From Octopus vulgaris (Eukaryota), in contig OX597823.1 of assembly GCA_951406725.2 (NCBI GenBank), positions 92,256,001-92,320,000 on the forward strand: 64,000 nt of DNA. The letters are read 5' to 3'. Of the stretch, positions 28,309 to 43,790 are shown piece by piece. The notes beneath the pieces are model-generated. The model was not told the DNA's origin. It saw only the letters and a program-made list of their open reading frames with translations, and did not search any database. How positions within the stretch are numbered: the first letter of the stretch is position 1; each line of letters begins with the position of its first letter. Position numbers and translations under genes: made by a program.

Positions 28309-29554
28309 TTATGTCTCATGATAATCTCAGTTGCATAAGAGGTAAAAATATGGAAGAGCAAAAGGAACAGGAAAATTATTAACCCAACAAACGAACCAAT
28401 GGAGAGGAGGATGATAGTATAAAGTCTTTATGAATATATTTTGTACGCGAAAACTTATATAAACATATATAGAGTGATTTCCTGTATAATAGAAAAAAAT
28501 GTTAGCAAGGCGAGATGTGGATGAAGAATTGAATGAGTTTGGCAGAGCATAACTAATGAAGCGACGGGTGAATAAGGGACAAAACAAAATCTCAAATTCC
28601 AGCAGAGCAAAAAGGAGAATTCACTTAATCAAAAAGATGAAATCTGACGGTTATCGCAATAATAAACGAAGATTAATATCGATACAAATAGATTTCTGTA
28701 AAGACAAATTGAGACACCAGGATCTGATAAATTATTTAAAGACGAACCACAGCGACATCAGTTACTAAAACAGAAGCAATCGAGTAATGTGTAAAATGAA
28801 AGGACGACCACAGTCATGTGGAAAAGATCAGAAATAGAGAGCAGAATATTAGGAACTGGTCGGGGAAGCCTTTAAATATGGCTTAATGAATTAATCTGCT
28901 CCGGTGTATATGTGTAAACAAAAATAAGGCAAAGGACGAGAGTCTCTCCTGAAACTGCATTGTCTGAAAAACACGTATTTAGTTCTTGCACACAGAAATA
29001 TATATTGATGTATACATACATACATATGTGTGTATGCGTGTGATTATGTGTGCCTATTGGTTCTTTCCATTACTCTCTCTCTCTCTCTCTGTCACTATCG
29101 ATCTATCAATATCTTTATATATACAAACACACACATACATACATATATGTGTGTGCATGTATACACATATACGTGCAAACACATGCTCATAAGAGAAGGA
29201 AGCTAAGCTAGAAAATGCACGTGATATTTGTCGCTTTATTTACTATTTACATAAAGATATAAAAAATGTCTGCATGTTCACATTTTCCATAGAAAATTGT
29301 AAAACGTTGCTTCTGTTGTTGTTTTGTGTACTTGTCTAGCGATGGAGAGTAATCTTTTGTCTTCTAGCGCAAGAAAACTACGCAAATGTTGACTGACCAG
29401 CGCCAGACATCTACACGCACAGAACTTTATTATAATTTCGTTAGGTATATATCAATTTTAATATTAGTTTACTATATAAATAACGAAAAAATAGCTGCCC
29501 TTTTTGATATATATTCTCTACTATTATAAGTATATTTCTCTGTTTACTTACAGA

Positions 29555-29607
<53 letters not shown>

Positions 29608-29646
29608 CTACTCACACGTCATACCACTACACTCTAAAAGAAACTA

Positions 29647-29865
29647 CACTCCGTCGATTACGACGATGATGATCCCAATTAATCTGATTGATGGAACAGC
29701 CAGCTCGTGAAATTAACGTGCAAGTGGCTGAGTACTCCACAGACACGTGTACCCCTAACATAATTCTCGGGGAGATTCAGCGTGAGACAGCATGTGACAA
29801 GAATTACAAGTACTACTCATTTTTTGCCCCCAGGGATCGAACTCAGGACCTCACGACCGTGAGCC
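29647..29865 (-). mobile_element. Partial SINE with family A tail
   Basis: CACTCCGTCG...GAAATTAACGTGCAAGTGGCTGAG...GGGGAGATTCAGCGTGA...GGGATCGAACTC. Confidence 0.75.
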
Positions 29866-30326
29866 ACATCGAGGTACTGCAAATCCATACACATAACACA
29901 GAATATATTTTTCGGTGACCTTCTTTTTAAAAGTAGTTTAATGAAGATTTATCAATTCACGCAGACCATATTGAAGTCAGTCCGAAATCCATATTCCTGC
30001 AAGGAGTGGTTTTATTTCTGACGCCATCTTGCTATAAATGAGCCGGACCTCTTCGGTCGAGTGTTTGGTGTGCTGAAACACAAAACGGAATGGTGTCATC
30101 GAGTCCCCACATCAGATACATATATACATACGCATACAAACACACCCATCCACACACACACATGTGCACATGCGAAGGCACACACATATATGTATATATA
30201 ACACACACACATATATACATTATATACATATGTTATCCACACAAAAATATACACATATTTAATATTCATCTATATTCACCTGATTATGAAAACCATTAAT
30301 CTGTGTGATATATCACATCATTAAAG

Positions 30327-30381
<55 letters not shown>

Positions 30382-30387
30382 GTGCGA

Positions 30388-30425
<38 letters not shown>

Positions 30426-31365
30426 CATGCATACATATCCTTACATATGGATATATATTTATATGTATGTATATGTGTGTGTGCGTGCTTGAGTGTATAC
30501 GTTTCTTTTATTGGGTGTACGTATACATGAATGTACACACGTCTATGTATATTAGTCTCTTTTAGGATGAACAACTCATTTAAAACATATTGATTGAATA
30601 TACATTTAAAAGATTATTATCATAATATTTTTGTTAATTTTCGCATTTTTTCTAATGCGATTTTCTTGTAAGCTCGTAACTCAAATATTTACTTATTTAA
30701 GTCACCTTGATTTTTTTTTCTGTATCTCATGATTTTTCGCTGATTCATTTTATGGAATTTCATTTAAGTTGCCGTGTACGAGAATGTGTCCATTTGAATG
30801 TATATGAACGTAGAGAAACACAAGGCAGCCACGTGTGTATGTGAATGTTTATATAAGAAATCAATAACTCATTATTTTCCTTTTGAAAAGGCAGTGAGTT
30901 GGCAAAACAAGAGAATGTTTGACTAAATGCCTTTCAGAATCGATTTGTAGTGAGACCACAGTTTAATAGGACTAAACTCTTGGCAATCCGTTACTCATTC
31001 TGAAAATTCTGTTTGTCTTCCTACACATCAATTACACAAATAAAGCCCCAGACGAACACCGAATATTTATTTACTCGTAGATTTACCTGTTTCCATCACC
31101 CCTGCTGGAAATAAAATAGTTAATCTCTCTCAAATCACACCCTACTATCAAAAAATAGGAAGAACTGAATGGACGGTATAGTCCTAGATAAACAAGTACT
31201 CGTTCGCTATCAATTATATATTTACTAAGTCTATATTGAGCTCAAATACTCAGTCTCTGTTGTATACCGGTCAAGAATATTCGAAAGGCTTTCATCAAAG
31301 AATATATGTTTTCCAACCATTACAACACCTGAAAGACAGAAAGTAAGAAATGAAAATTATGACAC

Positions 31366-31760
31366 TCTCTTTTACTCTTTTACTTGTTTCAGTCATTTGA
31401 CTGTGGTCATGCCGGAGCACCACCTTTAGTCGAGCAAATCGACCCCAGGACTTATTCTTTGTAAGCCTAGTACTTATTCTATCGGGCTCTTTTGCCGAAC
31501 CGCTAAGTTACGGGAACGAAAACACATCAGCATCGGTTACAAAGTGATGTTGGGGGGACAAACACAGACACACACACACACATATATACATATACATATA
31601 TTCTACGGGCTTCTTTCAGTTTCCGTCTACCAAATCTACTCACAAGGCTTTGGTCGGCCCCAGGCTATAGTAGAAGACACTTGTCCAAGGTGCCACGCAG
31701 TGGAACTGAATCCGGTACCATGTGGTTTGTAAGCAAGATACTTACCACACAGCCACTCCA
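31366..31760 (-). mobile_element. SINE family B, full length
   Basis: Reverse complement of the family B head, body and (AAAAGAGT)-like tail. Confidence 0.88.
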
Positions 31761-32545
31761 ACACCATTCCGCCCAGCCACTTTGGTCTTTAAGATTCGGT
31801 TCTACATAAGGTTTCCCTAGACTTTAGGATTCGTGATAATAGTGATTCTGCTGTTAAATTCATCCGTGGTATTGAATCAAGCCTAATATTTCAGAGGTTC
31901 TAATGCCGAAAAGGCCAAGTATTTTGATGCTCCATTCCAGACTAAATCATCTTAACACAAATATAAAATTGCTTATTTCTGGTCTCGGCTACAACTCACA
32001 AACTGTGACCGAATATCAAAAAAATATGTCCCACTCCACATTATAGAATGCATTTATGTATGAAGTCAGAAGTTTGTGATTTTATTAAATCAGTTTCTCC
32101 TCGTAGGCGGCCCAGAAACTGCGTAGGCGTGGAAGTTCATTAAATAAATGCTCGGTTTCATACAGTTAGCTGGACTTTCAAGGAAATGGCTCATATGTTT
32201 CACCATAAAGCTTACATCAAGAGTTTAGTTTTTATCCTCTAAGGATAAAATGTACGGATGCGTAATTCAATGCTCTTATCACATATGGTCCAAAATTGCA
32301 ATTACAGAATGTATGTACTTAATGTCAGCTATCGTTTTCTACTTTAGGCACAAAGCCCGAAAGTTTGGGGGCGGGGTCGAGTTGATTTAATTTATCGACC
32401 TCGAAAGGATGAAAAGCAAAGTCGACCTTGGCAGAACTTAATATCAGATGTTAAAACTCAATACGCCTGCATTGGTATTCGTAGTAATTCTGTAGAACTA
32501 GTATGAATATATGTGTGTGTGTCTGTGTGTGTTTGTGTGTGCGTG

Positions 32546-32577
<32 letters not shown>

Positions 32578-32585
32578 AATATATA

Positions 32586-32920
32586 GGGTAAAAGCCCATG
32601 AATGACCATGGAATTGCACCCAGAAAGTTCCCTATCTTGGCACAAGTCCGGACAAGTATGTTTTTTTTATAAAAGACTAGCAGTCATCCATACATACCAG
32701 ATTCCCCCTCTCCATGCCACCGATATTTTCCAAGGTAAAGGCAAAGGAGCCGATACAGCTTGGCGCCATTGATGTCGCAACTCATTTCTACACCTGAGTG
32801 AACTGGAGCAATGTGAAATAAATTGTATCAAGAACACAACATACAGCCCGGCTGGGAATCGAAGCCACTACCTTGTGATTGTGGATCCGATGCTCTAACC
32901 ACTGACCTAGGCGTCTTCAT
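32586..32920 (-). mobile_element. tRNA-derived SINE family D
   Basis: Minus strand TAGGTCAGTGGTTAGAGC (A box), GCTTCGATTCCC (B box), central TTTATTTCACATTGCTCCAGTTCACTCAG, distinct tail. Confidence 0.75.
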
Positions 32921-32999
32921 ATACATATATATACATACACACACACAAACACACACACAAACACATACACACACACACATATTCTTTTATCCTTTTATT

Positions 33000-33209
33000 C
33001 ATTTACTTGTTTCAGTTATTTGACTGTGGCCATGCCAGAGCAGCGCCTTTTAGTCGAACAAATCGACCCCGGGACTTATTCTTTGTAAGCTTATTACTTA
33101 TTCTATCGGTGTCTTTTGCCGAACAGCTAGGTTACTGTTACAGCATCAGTTGTTAAGTGATAGTGAGGGGCAAACACAGACACACAAACACACATATACA
33201 CACACATAT

Positions 33210-33277
<68 letters not shown>

Positions 33278-33432
33278 GCATAAACGACGGGCTTCTTTCA
33301 GTTTCCGTCTACCAAATCCACTCACAAGGCTTTGTTCGGCACGAGGCTGTAGTAGAAGATACTTGCCCAAGGTGCCACGCAGTGGGAGTGAACCCAGAAT
33401 TATGTGGCTGGTAAGCAAGCTACTTATCACAA
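33000..33432 (-). mobile_element. SINE family B
   Basis: Matches family B with internal (CA)n(TA)n. Confidence 0.85.
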
Positions 33433-34667
33433 AATACACACACACATACATATATACATACATACATATACATAAATATATATATGTTATATATATATAG
33501 GTATACATACATACACACACGCACACACACATACACACACGCACACACATACACACGCACATATATATATATGAAGAAAGATTTTAAAATGAGAAGTTGT
33601 TAATTATATAGAAAAATGCCACAGATCCGACTTAACACAGAAATTGCACTTTCTTCAAATTTTCAAACGCAAATGATATGAAATAAATCGTACCGCAGTA
33701 ATGGCTTTCGATAGCAGTTGTAATGTCCAGAATCACTTCAAAGTGAAGAACTTCATTAAATATATCCTTTTCCTTGTCGCAATCAAATATTTTCTTCCTG
33801 CATTTTGAATGAAGAAGGAATAGTTCGAATTTCATATTCGCACAAATCTGGGACATTCGTAACTGTGAAATTGATGTGTTGTTTATGACGCCAAATCCGG
33901 TTCATCAGTTTTGTTTCTATTTGATCGATATTGTTCACACTTGATTATGGACATTTAATGCAGTAAATATCATTTTGGAGGATGCTGTAGCCCATATATT
34001 TGTTAACCTTTATTTCCTTTCCACTTTTGAACTTTTTGCTTTTACTTTATTGAGTCAGAACATCAGAGGTCTTTACAGTTTCCTACCTGCATCATTTTCT
34101 GGGGATATTAACTTTAGTAAGAGTCTTAGAATTTGTGGTTCCCTTTGACTGTTATTAACTTTGGAATCTTTAATTATTTTCATCCGTTTTTGATGACTGC
34201 TGTAGAACTGGAAGACTGTTGGACAGCCTTGTTTCACCGAATATTACTTGCTGTTTATGTGATCGTGGCTTTCACGAATGAAATATTTTAAATTCTCTCT
34301 TCCAATTCCTTACAAGAAATCTTACAATGAAGAATTTCTCATAAATTGGTATTTGTTTTGCAATAGTTATGGTATTATTTATTGCGTTTCTAAGGGGTTT
34401 TTCTTTCAAGAGGAATAAAATTGTACCTTAGATCACTCTCGTCTAATTCCTCTATAAGTATACATATACGATTTATCATATTTGATCAGATATTTATATT
34501 ATCATGGGATGGATGGTATCTAAGCTTTATTGTTTGCGTGTGTTTGCAGTAGATGCCTTTTACTATACTCTAGTTGTCGACTGTCATGAAAATTCTCAGA
34601 AATGGAACTTTCATTTCCATTAAGATCTGAATCAATATACGAATGCCATTAATTAATTTATGAAATA

Positions 34668-35345
34668 CTAGCAGTATCACCCGGCGTTTCTCGTGTTTGT
34701 AAGGGAAATAACTTTATAAGCATTTTTAGAGAGTTATAGCAAAAAAATTAGCAAAAAAAAAATGCATTAAAAATGGAATAAAAAATGATGGTAATTTTTT
34801 TTTTAATCGTTGACTCATTGTAGACATTTTTAGAGAGTTACTTCCCTTATATAATAGCGAAAAAATGCATTAAAATGGAAAAAATGATGGTAATTTTTTT
34901 AGAAAATCGTAGACTTATCGTAGACGCTTTCTTAGCCATTTCTGTTTTGGTGTATTCAAGCCATGAAGTCGTTGTTCTAAAAGAACGCTGGTCTCCTTGA
35001 CAACGCTTTACGACGTTGATTTCCTTACACTCCCTTCCCCACGGCTTCACGAGGGAGGGAAGAAGGGAGAGAAGCAAACAGGTGCAGGTGTGAGCGTGGA
35101 CGCCAACTCCGCCGCCATCGACACACGAAAAAATATGCATTAAAATGGAATAAAAAATGATGTTAAATTATTTTTAAAATCGTAGACTCATCGTAGACGC
35201 CCGCTAATACCCAGACGGACTCGATATGACTCACGACTATAAGATACCCGAATTTGGTTAAACTGCACCGCAAAATGTGGGAGTAGTTAGGAATCTAAAT
35301 CGAAGGGGACAGACACTCACACAACTACAGTTTTATATATAGAGA
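34668..35345 (-). mobile_element. Non-autonomous Helitron
   Basis: Minus strand A|TCTCTATATATAAAACTG start and ...CGAGAAACGCCGGGTGATACTGCTAG|T end; the 5' end resembles the 21329 element. Confidence 0.8.
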
Positions 35346-35802
35346 TTTTAAGGCCTTCGTCATTTTGTTTCCAAAATATAAAAGCAGGCGTTCAGCCATT
35401 TTCCTCGGGTTTTATTTATATGGGATTAGAATCTAATGAAAACTTATCCTGAAATAGCAAACCCATTCAGACATAGATTGTTCTTTCAAGAACCATATTT
35501 ATAGTGTTTCAAATGTGGGAGCGACGTTTGTGACTATTGTTGTCCTTTTATTTGACTGTAGTAAAGATGTAGTTGCTTTCTAACACCATATATTTACTTT
35601 CGATTCGGAATTCTGTTGATAAACTCTTCTGAAAAATGATGGAAATATGTTTATCAGGAATATACTAATGACTCCAACCTTAATCCGTTATGTATATTGG
35701 ATTAGTATCTGATCGTATCGAAACTCTGTCTTTGACTTTCTGGATTGTTGTTTTAAAATCCGTGTTTCTCTGATGGAAACAGACTATACAATAGATGTAA
35801 TA

Positions 35803-36368
35803 CGAGGGTGAGTCAAAAAGTAATGCCATTTTCTTTAGGGCAGGTATAATTACCAACACAGGAACATGTATCATACATCAAAACGAAGCTGGTAATCTGT
35901 GGATCACATCCCTACTTCTCAACATAGTCACCGTTTCTCTCAATAGCAATATTCCACCTTCGAATGAGGGCATGTATCCCTGCCCTGTAAAATTTCTGTT
36001 CCCTATTCTTTGAGCCACTTCTTCACTACAGTTTTCACTTCCTCATCACTGGAATAATGTTTGCCTCTCAAACCCTCTTTCATGGGGCCGAAAAGATGAT
36101 ACTCCACTGACGATGATAGTCCAGTGACGAGGAAGTGAAAACTGTAATGAAGAAGTGGCTCAAAGAACAGTAAAAAATACTTTACGGGGCAGGGATACAT
36201 GCTCTCATTCAAAGGTGGAGCATTACTATTGAGAGAAACGGTGACTATGTTGAGGAGTAGGGATGGGATCTACAGAAGAACAGCTTCATTTTGATGTATG
36301 ATGCATGTTCCTGTGGGGATAATTATACCTAACCTAAACAAAATGGCATTACTTTTTGACTCACCCTT
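35803..36368. mobile_element. Mariner-derived palindromic MITE
   Basis: TIR GAGGGTGAGTCAAAAAGTAATGCCATTT at both ends, TA flanks; each arm carries a mariner C-terminus (YHLFGPMKEGLRGKHYSSDEEVK..KWLKE...GDYVE). Confidence 0.88.
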
Positions 36369-36445
36369 TAAATTGTTTCGACATTAGGTGTAATGTTTGT
36401 TGAGTAACAAGCGGGCGTCGTTTGAAATCGAGTGTCTAGGAATCG

Positions 36446-36512
36446 ATATCTATCTATATGTCTATCTGTCGGTCTGTCTATCTATCTGTCTTTCTTTCTG
36501 TCTGTCTGTCTC

Positions 36513-36544
<32 letters not shown>

Positions 36545-36556
36545 TCTATCTATTTG

Positions 36557-36634
<78 letters not shown>

Positions 36635-36660
36635 CATCTATCTATCTGTCTGTATATCTT

Positions 36661-36747
<87 letters not shown>

Positions 36748-36762
36748 ATCTATCTATTTATC
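36446..36762. repeat. (ATCT)n/(GTCT)n tetranucleotide microsatellite
   Basis: Directly visible. Confidence 0.97.
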
Positions 36763-37697
36763 TGTAATTTAGGGGGTCTACTAAAGTACTTTATATTTTG
36801 TTAGATATCGGTATTCTATAAAAATATGTAGTTTAGAACCCAAAATAGATAATCCAGCAATTTCCATGAAATTAGACAAGAAATTGTCCATTAAATTTCC
36901 AGTTCTCTATATTGTATGCTTATCGCCGTTCCTTTATGGTTAGAAGGATTATCGATCAACCAATTGTTCTAAAACCGTTTCTCCAAATAGGTTCTGGTGC
37001 ATTATTGCAGTGGCTCCCACTTTAACATATGTAATGACGACCGAAAAATCTTTCCGTAGACACTCCAAAGCTACGTGCTCTTGTTTCCTAAAGTTTCATT
37101 TTAAAGGTATTCCTGGAATGTATGATTTTGTTAATATTTTCAGACACATAATATATTTCTGTATTGTTTTATTCCTTTTCAAAAGAGATTTTGAATTCAG
37201 TTTTGTTGTTTACCAGTGATGGATCTTAAAAAAAAAAATTACGAGACGAAACAGTAAATTTTAATTAGATCTCTTGTGCCTCTGGTTGGAAAGAGAATTT
37301 AACTCTTTTTGGATCGTCCTGAAAAAATTGTTAACATGTATTTTCAGAAATATTAATTTCGATGTTATTTTCTATATCTAAATATGTTGGTAAAACAGAA
37401 ACAATCATCGGCTTTCTTCGGTAAATTCAAGAATTAAACACGTGATTTTCTCACTCCCTATTTTTCTTGTCTAATATTCAGCATTTCTCGTAATTTTTCT
37501 AAATGCTATTTAGAGCTATTCGTCATACATGAGGAATTATTTTGGATGCGTTTTCTACTTGCATTTACGGATGTTTGATTTCTGGATATTGTTAATCAAA
37601 TTCGTTTAAAACTATGCGTTATTGATACCTGCCTGGATTCTTAATCCCATTTTTATTCAGATACATACATACATATACATACATACATACATACACA

Positions 37698-39078
<1,381 letters not shown>

Positions 39079-39172
39079 TATATATATACAGGTGTGTACG
39101 TGTGTGTATCTATCTATCCATATACATATTCTCTCTCCCTCTCTCTCAATTTCTCTATCTCTCAGTATATAG

Positions 39173-39335
<163 letters not shown>

Positions 39336-39480
39336 GAAATAGAAAGATGAATAATCTTGTTGCAGATTAATCAAAAGTTTAACCGATACCTTGGTAGCAA
39401 AAATCACAGCAGAAGACAGCACGGTTGGAGGTACAACCATATGGTGTTGCAACCATGCGTTGGTGCGGATAATTGAATTT

Positions 39481-40199
39481 TAATATTATTAGTGAATTGA
39501 AGAAATGGAGTTGAACGAAGATTGAACAGAAATCGTTTTATTGCATTCTACACGTGTTTCGAAAGCCACAATTTACCAAATTCCGATTGAATAAGGAGAC
39601 CATATTGTGTCTTTCTCTTTAGGAAGAAATAGGAAATCCGTTGGAAAAAACAAAAACAGAACAGAGGCGGAGCAAAACAAATCGAACGAGGCTCCTAAGA
39701 GCCCATGGCCAAACTGTTTATCAATGTATGTTGAAAACGGGTGGTGGGTGCGTTGAAGATTTTAACAGGTCAGGCAGCGGTCATTCCGGTGGGTGAGAGC
39801 ACGGGGTGCTTAGATGTTCTTTGTGACCGAGACTAAAGAACTTTAGTCTCGGTCACAAAGAACATCTAAGCACCCCGTGCTCTCACCCACCGGAATGACC
39901 GCTGCCTGACCTGTTAAAATCTTCAACGCACCCACCACCCGTTTTCAACATACATTGATAAACAGTTTGGCCATGGGCTCTTAGGAGCCTCGTTCGATTT
40001 GTTTTGCTCCGCCTCTGTTCTGTTTTTGTTCTTTCCAACGGATTTCCTATTTCTTCCTGAAGAGAAAGACACAATATGGTCTCCTTATTCAATCGGAATT
40101 TGGTAAATTGTGGCTTTTCGAAACACGTGTAGAATGCAATAAAACGATTTCTGTTCAATCTTCGTTCAACTCCATTTCTTCAATTCACTAATAATATTA
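39481..40199. repeat. Near-perfect DNA palindrome (about 358-bp arms, 2-nt spacer)
   Basis: Centre GACTAAAG-AA-CTTTAGTC at 39831-39848; arms are reverse-complementary out to TAATATTATTAGTG / CACTAATAATATTA, with three differences seen by eye. Confidence 0.97.
40054..40134 (+). ncRNA. Type I hammerhead ribozyme with long stem II and palindromic stem III
   Basis: TTC-CTGAAGA-GAAAGACACAAT...ATTGTGGCTTTTC-GAAACACGTGTA-GAA; GUA cleavage site; AATAAA just downstream. Confidence 0.75.
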
Positions 40200-40235
<36 letters not shown>

Positions 40236-40999
40236 TGTATGTATGTATGTATGTATGTATGTATGTATGTATGTATGTATGTATATATATACAAACTACC
40301 AAAACTTCTCCGTGCTAAAATGTTTGAAAGAGTGCAACGAGTTTTTCAAAAACAACATTGTGTCCGGCTCAATAAAATGTCTAAAAATGGAAGTATTCGA
40401 TTTAGTTCATTGTATAACTTTGATGCTATAAGATTTGAATTTATATCCTGCGTTGTGGAAACATGGAAGCAGTGACACACTTCGGAATTGGCTCAATCGC
40501 ATTCTTTGACGATACTGCTGGTTTGATACGTCATATTAAGCCTCTGGAGTTCAAGGTGGTTTGTGAAATGTAGTGATTCCGATATCTCCAGAGGAATACA
40601 ATTCCCTCCTACGGTATCCCATCACTCTGATTCTTTCATTGCTCTCCTCAACTCTTCAGGAAGAAAGAGGTTTTCATCAATGGGCGAAGGTTGATCAACC
40701 ATTGGTGAGAGAGATGACAAAATCAGAAATTCAGTGTCAGTTACGTGACACCTGGGCTTTTTTTTCTAAAGCGAGATGAGATGTACCTATAGAAGATTTT
40801 TTGTATCTTCTATAGTTCCTGGCAGTTTGAACTTTGAATCTGTGTATCTTCTACCAGTCAATTCATCTCCATCTCTCCATGCAGCTGCGACGCGTACGAA
40901 GCATTTCAGTTATGTTTTCCATGATGAAGATGTATGATTCTTCGGCTGTCTTATTTCGTTTTGATTTTGCGTTTTCAGAATAGAAATTTGTTATTAGCA

Positions 41000-42590
41000 T
41001 TATATTTGTTTGATTTTTGAAAGGCATTTTGATTCCATATTTAAGGAAAGAATGTTTCAAATTCTTGAAGATCACGGTGTACCACCATCAATAGAAAATG
41101 CATTTAAACTAATCACAGAAGCCCAGGTGTTCATCCCAGATGAAAAATCTTCTTTTTATATTATCTTAACTGGCTTATCTCAAAATAACACATTAGATCC
41201 AATTTTGTTCATAAATGCTTTGGATTAATCAAGGAAAAGAGCATTCGAAATGCTTGATAGAAACTGAGGGATTGTTATAGAATCTAGGAAGGTGACACAG
41301 AAACTAGAGGTACGACTAAAGGATTTCGCAGATGTTGATGCCAACGCACCGGTCAACGAAGCACTTTAGTTAACTGAAAGTTTATTACAGAGTGTTGAAC
41401 ACGTAGCAAATCTAGTTGTTTTACGTCTTAATGCTAGCAGACGAGACATTGTAACATATGGAATATAAGATGATTTGCAAGTAGAAGCCTTTACTGTTCA
41501 TTAATCGAGTGGAGCAATTAAAATATTCAGACGTTTATATCCCAGAAAGCAAGGATGATTCTAAAGTCAGGAAAGGACGGGTATAGCTTACAACAAATAA
41601 ACTGGACAAAATATGGAAGTCTAACATGGACAGAAAACTGTAACTTAGATTTTTCAGTGTAATTGGAGACAGTATTCTGCTAAAAAAATATTTAAATTGG
41701 AATATAACACGAAACCTAAAAATAAAAATAGATAGATTATATTCTAAGTAGGAGTGGATGTGTGGTAAGTAGCTTGCTTACGAACCACATGGTTCCGGGT
41801 TCAGTCTCACTGCGTGACACCTTGGGCAAGTGTCTTCTACTATAGCCTCGGGCCGACAAAAAGCCTTGTGAGTGGATTTTGGCAGACGGAAACTGAAAGA
41901 AGCCCGTATATATATATGTGTGTGTGTGTGTTTGTGTGTCAGTGTTTGTCCCCCCACCAACATCGCTTGACAACCGATGCTGGTATGTTTACGTCCCTGT
42001 AACTTAGCGGTTCGGCAAAAGAAACCGATAGAATAAATACTAGGCTTACAAAGAATAAGTCCGGGGCTCGATATGCTTGACTAAAGGCGGTGCTCACAGT
42101 ATGGCCACAGTCAAATGACTGAAACAAGTAAAAGAGTAAAAGAGAGAGTATGGAGTCATAACTTTCATTTCTTACCTTCTGTCTTTCAGGTGTTGTAATG
42201 GTTGGAAAACGTATCTTCCTTGATGAAAGCCTTTCGAATATTGTTGACCGTAAGTTATTGAGAAGAACTTTTAACATCAGCTGGAGTGATCATACAACCT
42301 AACAGAGAGCTATACCAAGACCGGTCAAGGATGTCACATACAATTCGGCAGAGAATATTATGCTTTGTTGGACATTTCCACAGGGCTAGGGACCAGCAGA
42401 TTTCCAAGCTTCTATTTTGGTTACCATCATATGGTAGGTAACACAGAAGAGTTAGAATTAAGATCTTTCCGTAAATACTCAGAGAAGACACGGATATAAA
42501 ATCTGATTCTCAAATTAAAGTTACCATAGGGGGACAAAAAAAGTTAGAGGCAGAGAATGGAAGATTTGATGGTTCTGGTAATTGACGATG
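41000..42590 (+). mobile_element. Decayed RTE/Proto2-group LINE (RT and C-terminus), interrupted by a SINE
   Basis: FERHFDSI..MFQILEDHGVP, GLSQNNTLDPILFINALD, DFAD, NKLDKIWKS, FVGHFHRARDQQISKLLFW.P. Confidence 0.7.
41748..42148 (+). mobile_element. SINE family B, full length
   Basis: GGAGTGGATGTGTGGTAAG...GGTTCAGTCTC...GAAACAAGTAAAAGAGTAAAA. Confidence 0.88.
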
Positions 42591-42619
42591 ATGATAATTA
42601 AATATATATATATATATAT

Positions 42620-43047
42620 ATAGCAGTCAAGAATGCTTATTTCTATCAAAGTGGGACTCCGGGCATGGCAAAATTTTTGGAGGGAAGATTTACGAATTCA
42701 AACGTCTATGTAGGTTTAGCTTTTGCTCACTTTCTTCAAATATTTTGATGTCGCATGGTCAGAAGGTTTGAGGTACGTAGCATTTGATAAATCTATGATA
42801 AATCTATTTCAATGGAAAGCTGTGCTGAAGAAGGATGTGAAATATATATGCAATGTATATGAAATATATATCAAAAATATATATGAAATATATATTCAAT
42901 ATGTTTATAATCCAGAAACATGATGTTCACAGATAACCACCAGACTTCGTCTTCGATATCTATTCCTTCTCTTTTGCATATGTGAATTACAGGGTTTGTC
43001 GTGCCCGGAGTCCCACTTTGATAGAAATAAGCATTCTTGACTGCTAT
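42620..43047. repeat. Segment bounded by 53-bp inverted repeats
   Basis: ATAGCAGTCAAGAATGCTTATTTCTATCAAAGTGGGACTCCGGGCA.. at 42620 and its reverse complement at 42995-43047. Confidence 0.85.
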
Positions 43048-43236
43048 TTCTATTTTTTCGGTATGCGGTCAAGCAACCTGTTGCCTGTCCCTTTTTCTTA
43101 TATACAATATATATACTGAACTTTACAGAAGTTCCTGCCGGTAATCGGCTATATTTACATACCGAATTCTACCAGTAAATAATTGTGGTTTCTTTAAAAA
43201 CCTTTATAGAAATTATTTACTCTTATTATTATATTA

Positions 43237-43790
<554 letters not shown>

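Noticed and set aside
28330-28900. Possible old R4-like fragment
   Set aside because: Purine-rich with faint similarity only.
33600-34500. Possible decayed LINE ORF1 on the minus strand
   Set aside because: Only a vague resemblance; no intact motif.
36800-37620. Possible decayed I/Jockey-group RT on the minus strand
   Set aside because: Motifs are too eroded to support by eye.
39883-40158. 91-aa ORF in the palindrome arm
   Set aside because: It is antisense to the HHR/polyA strand, is disrupted in the other arm, and has no recognisable domain.
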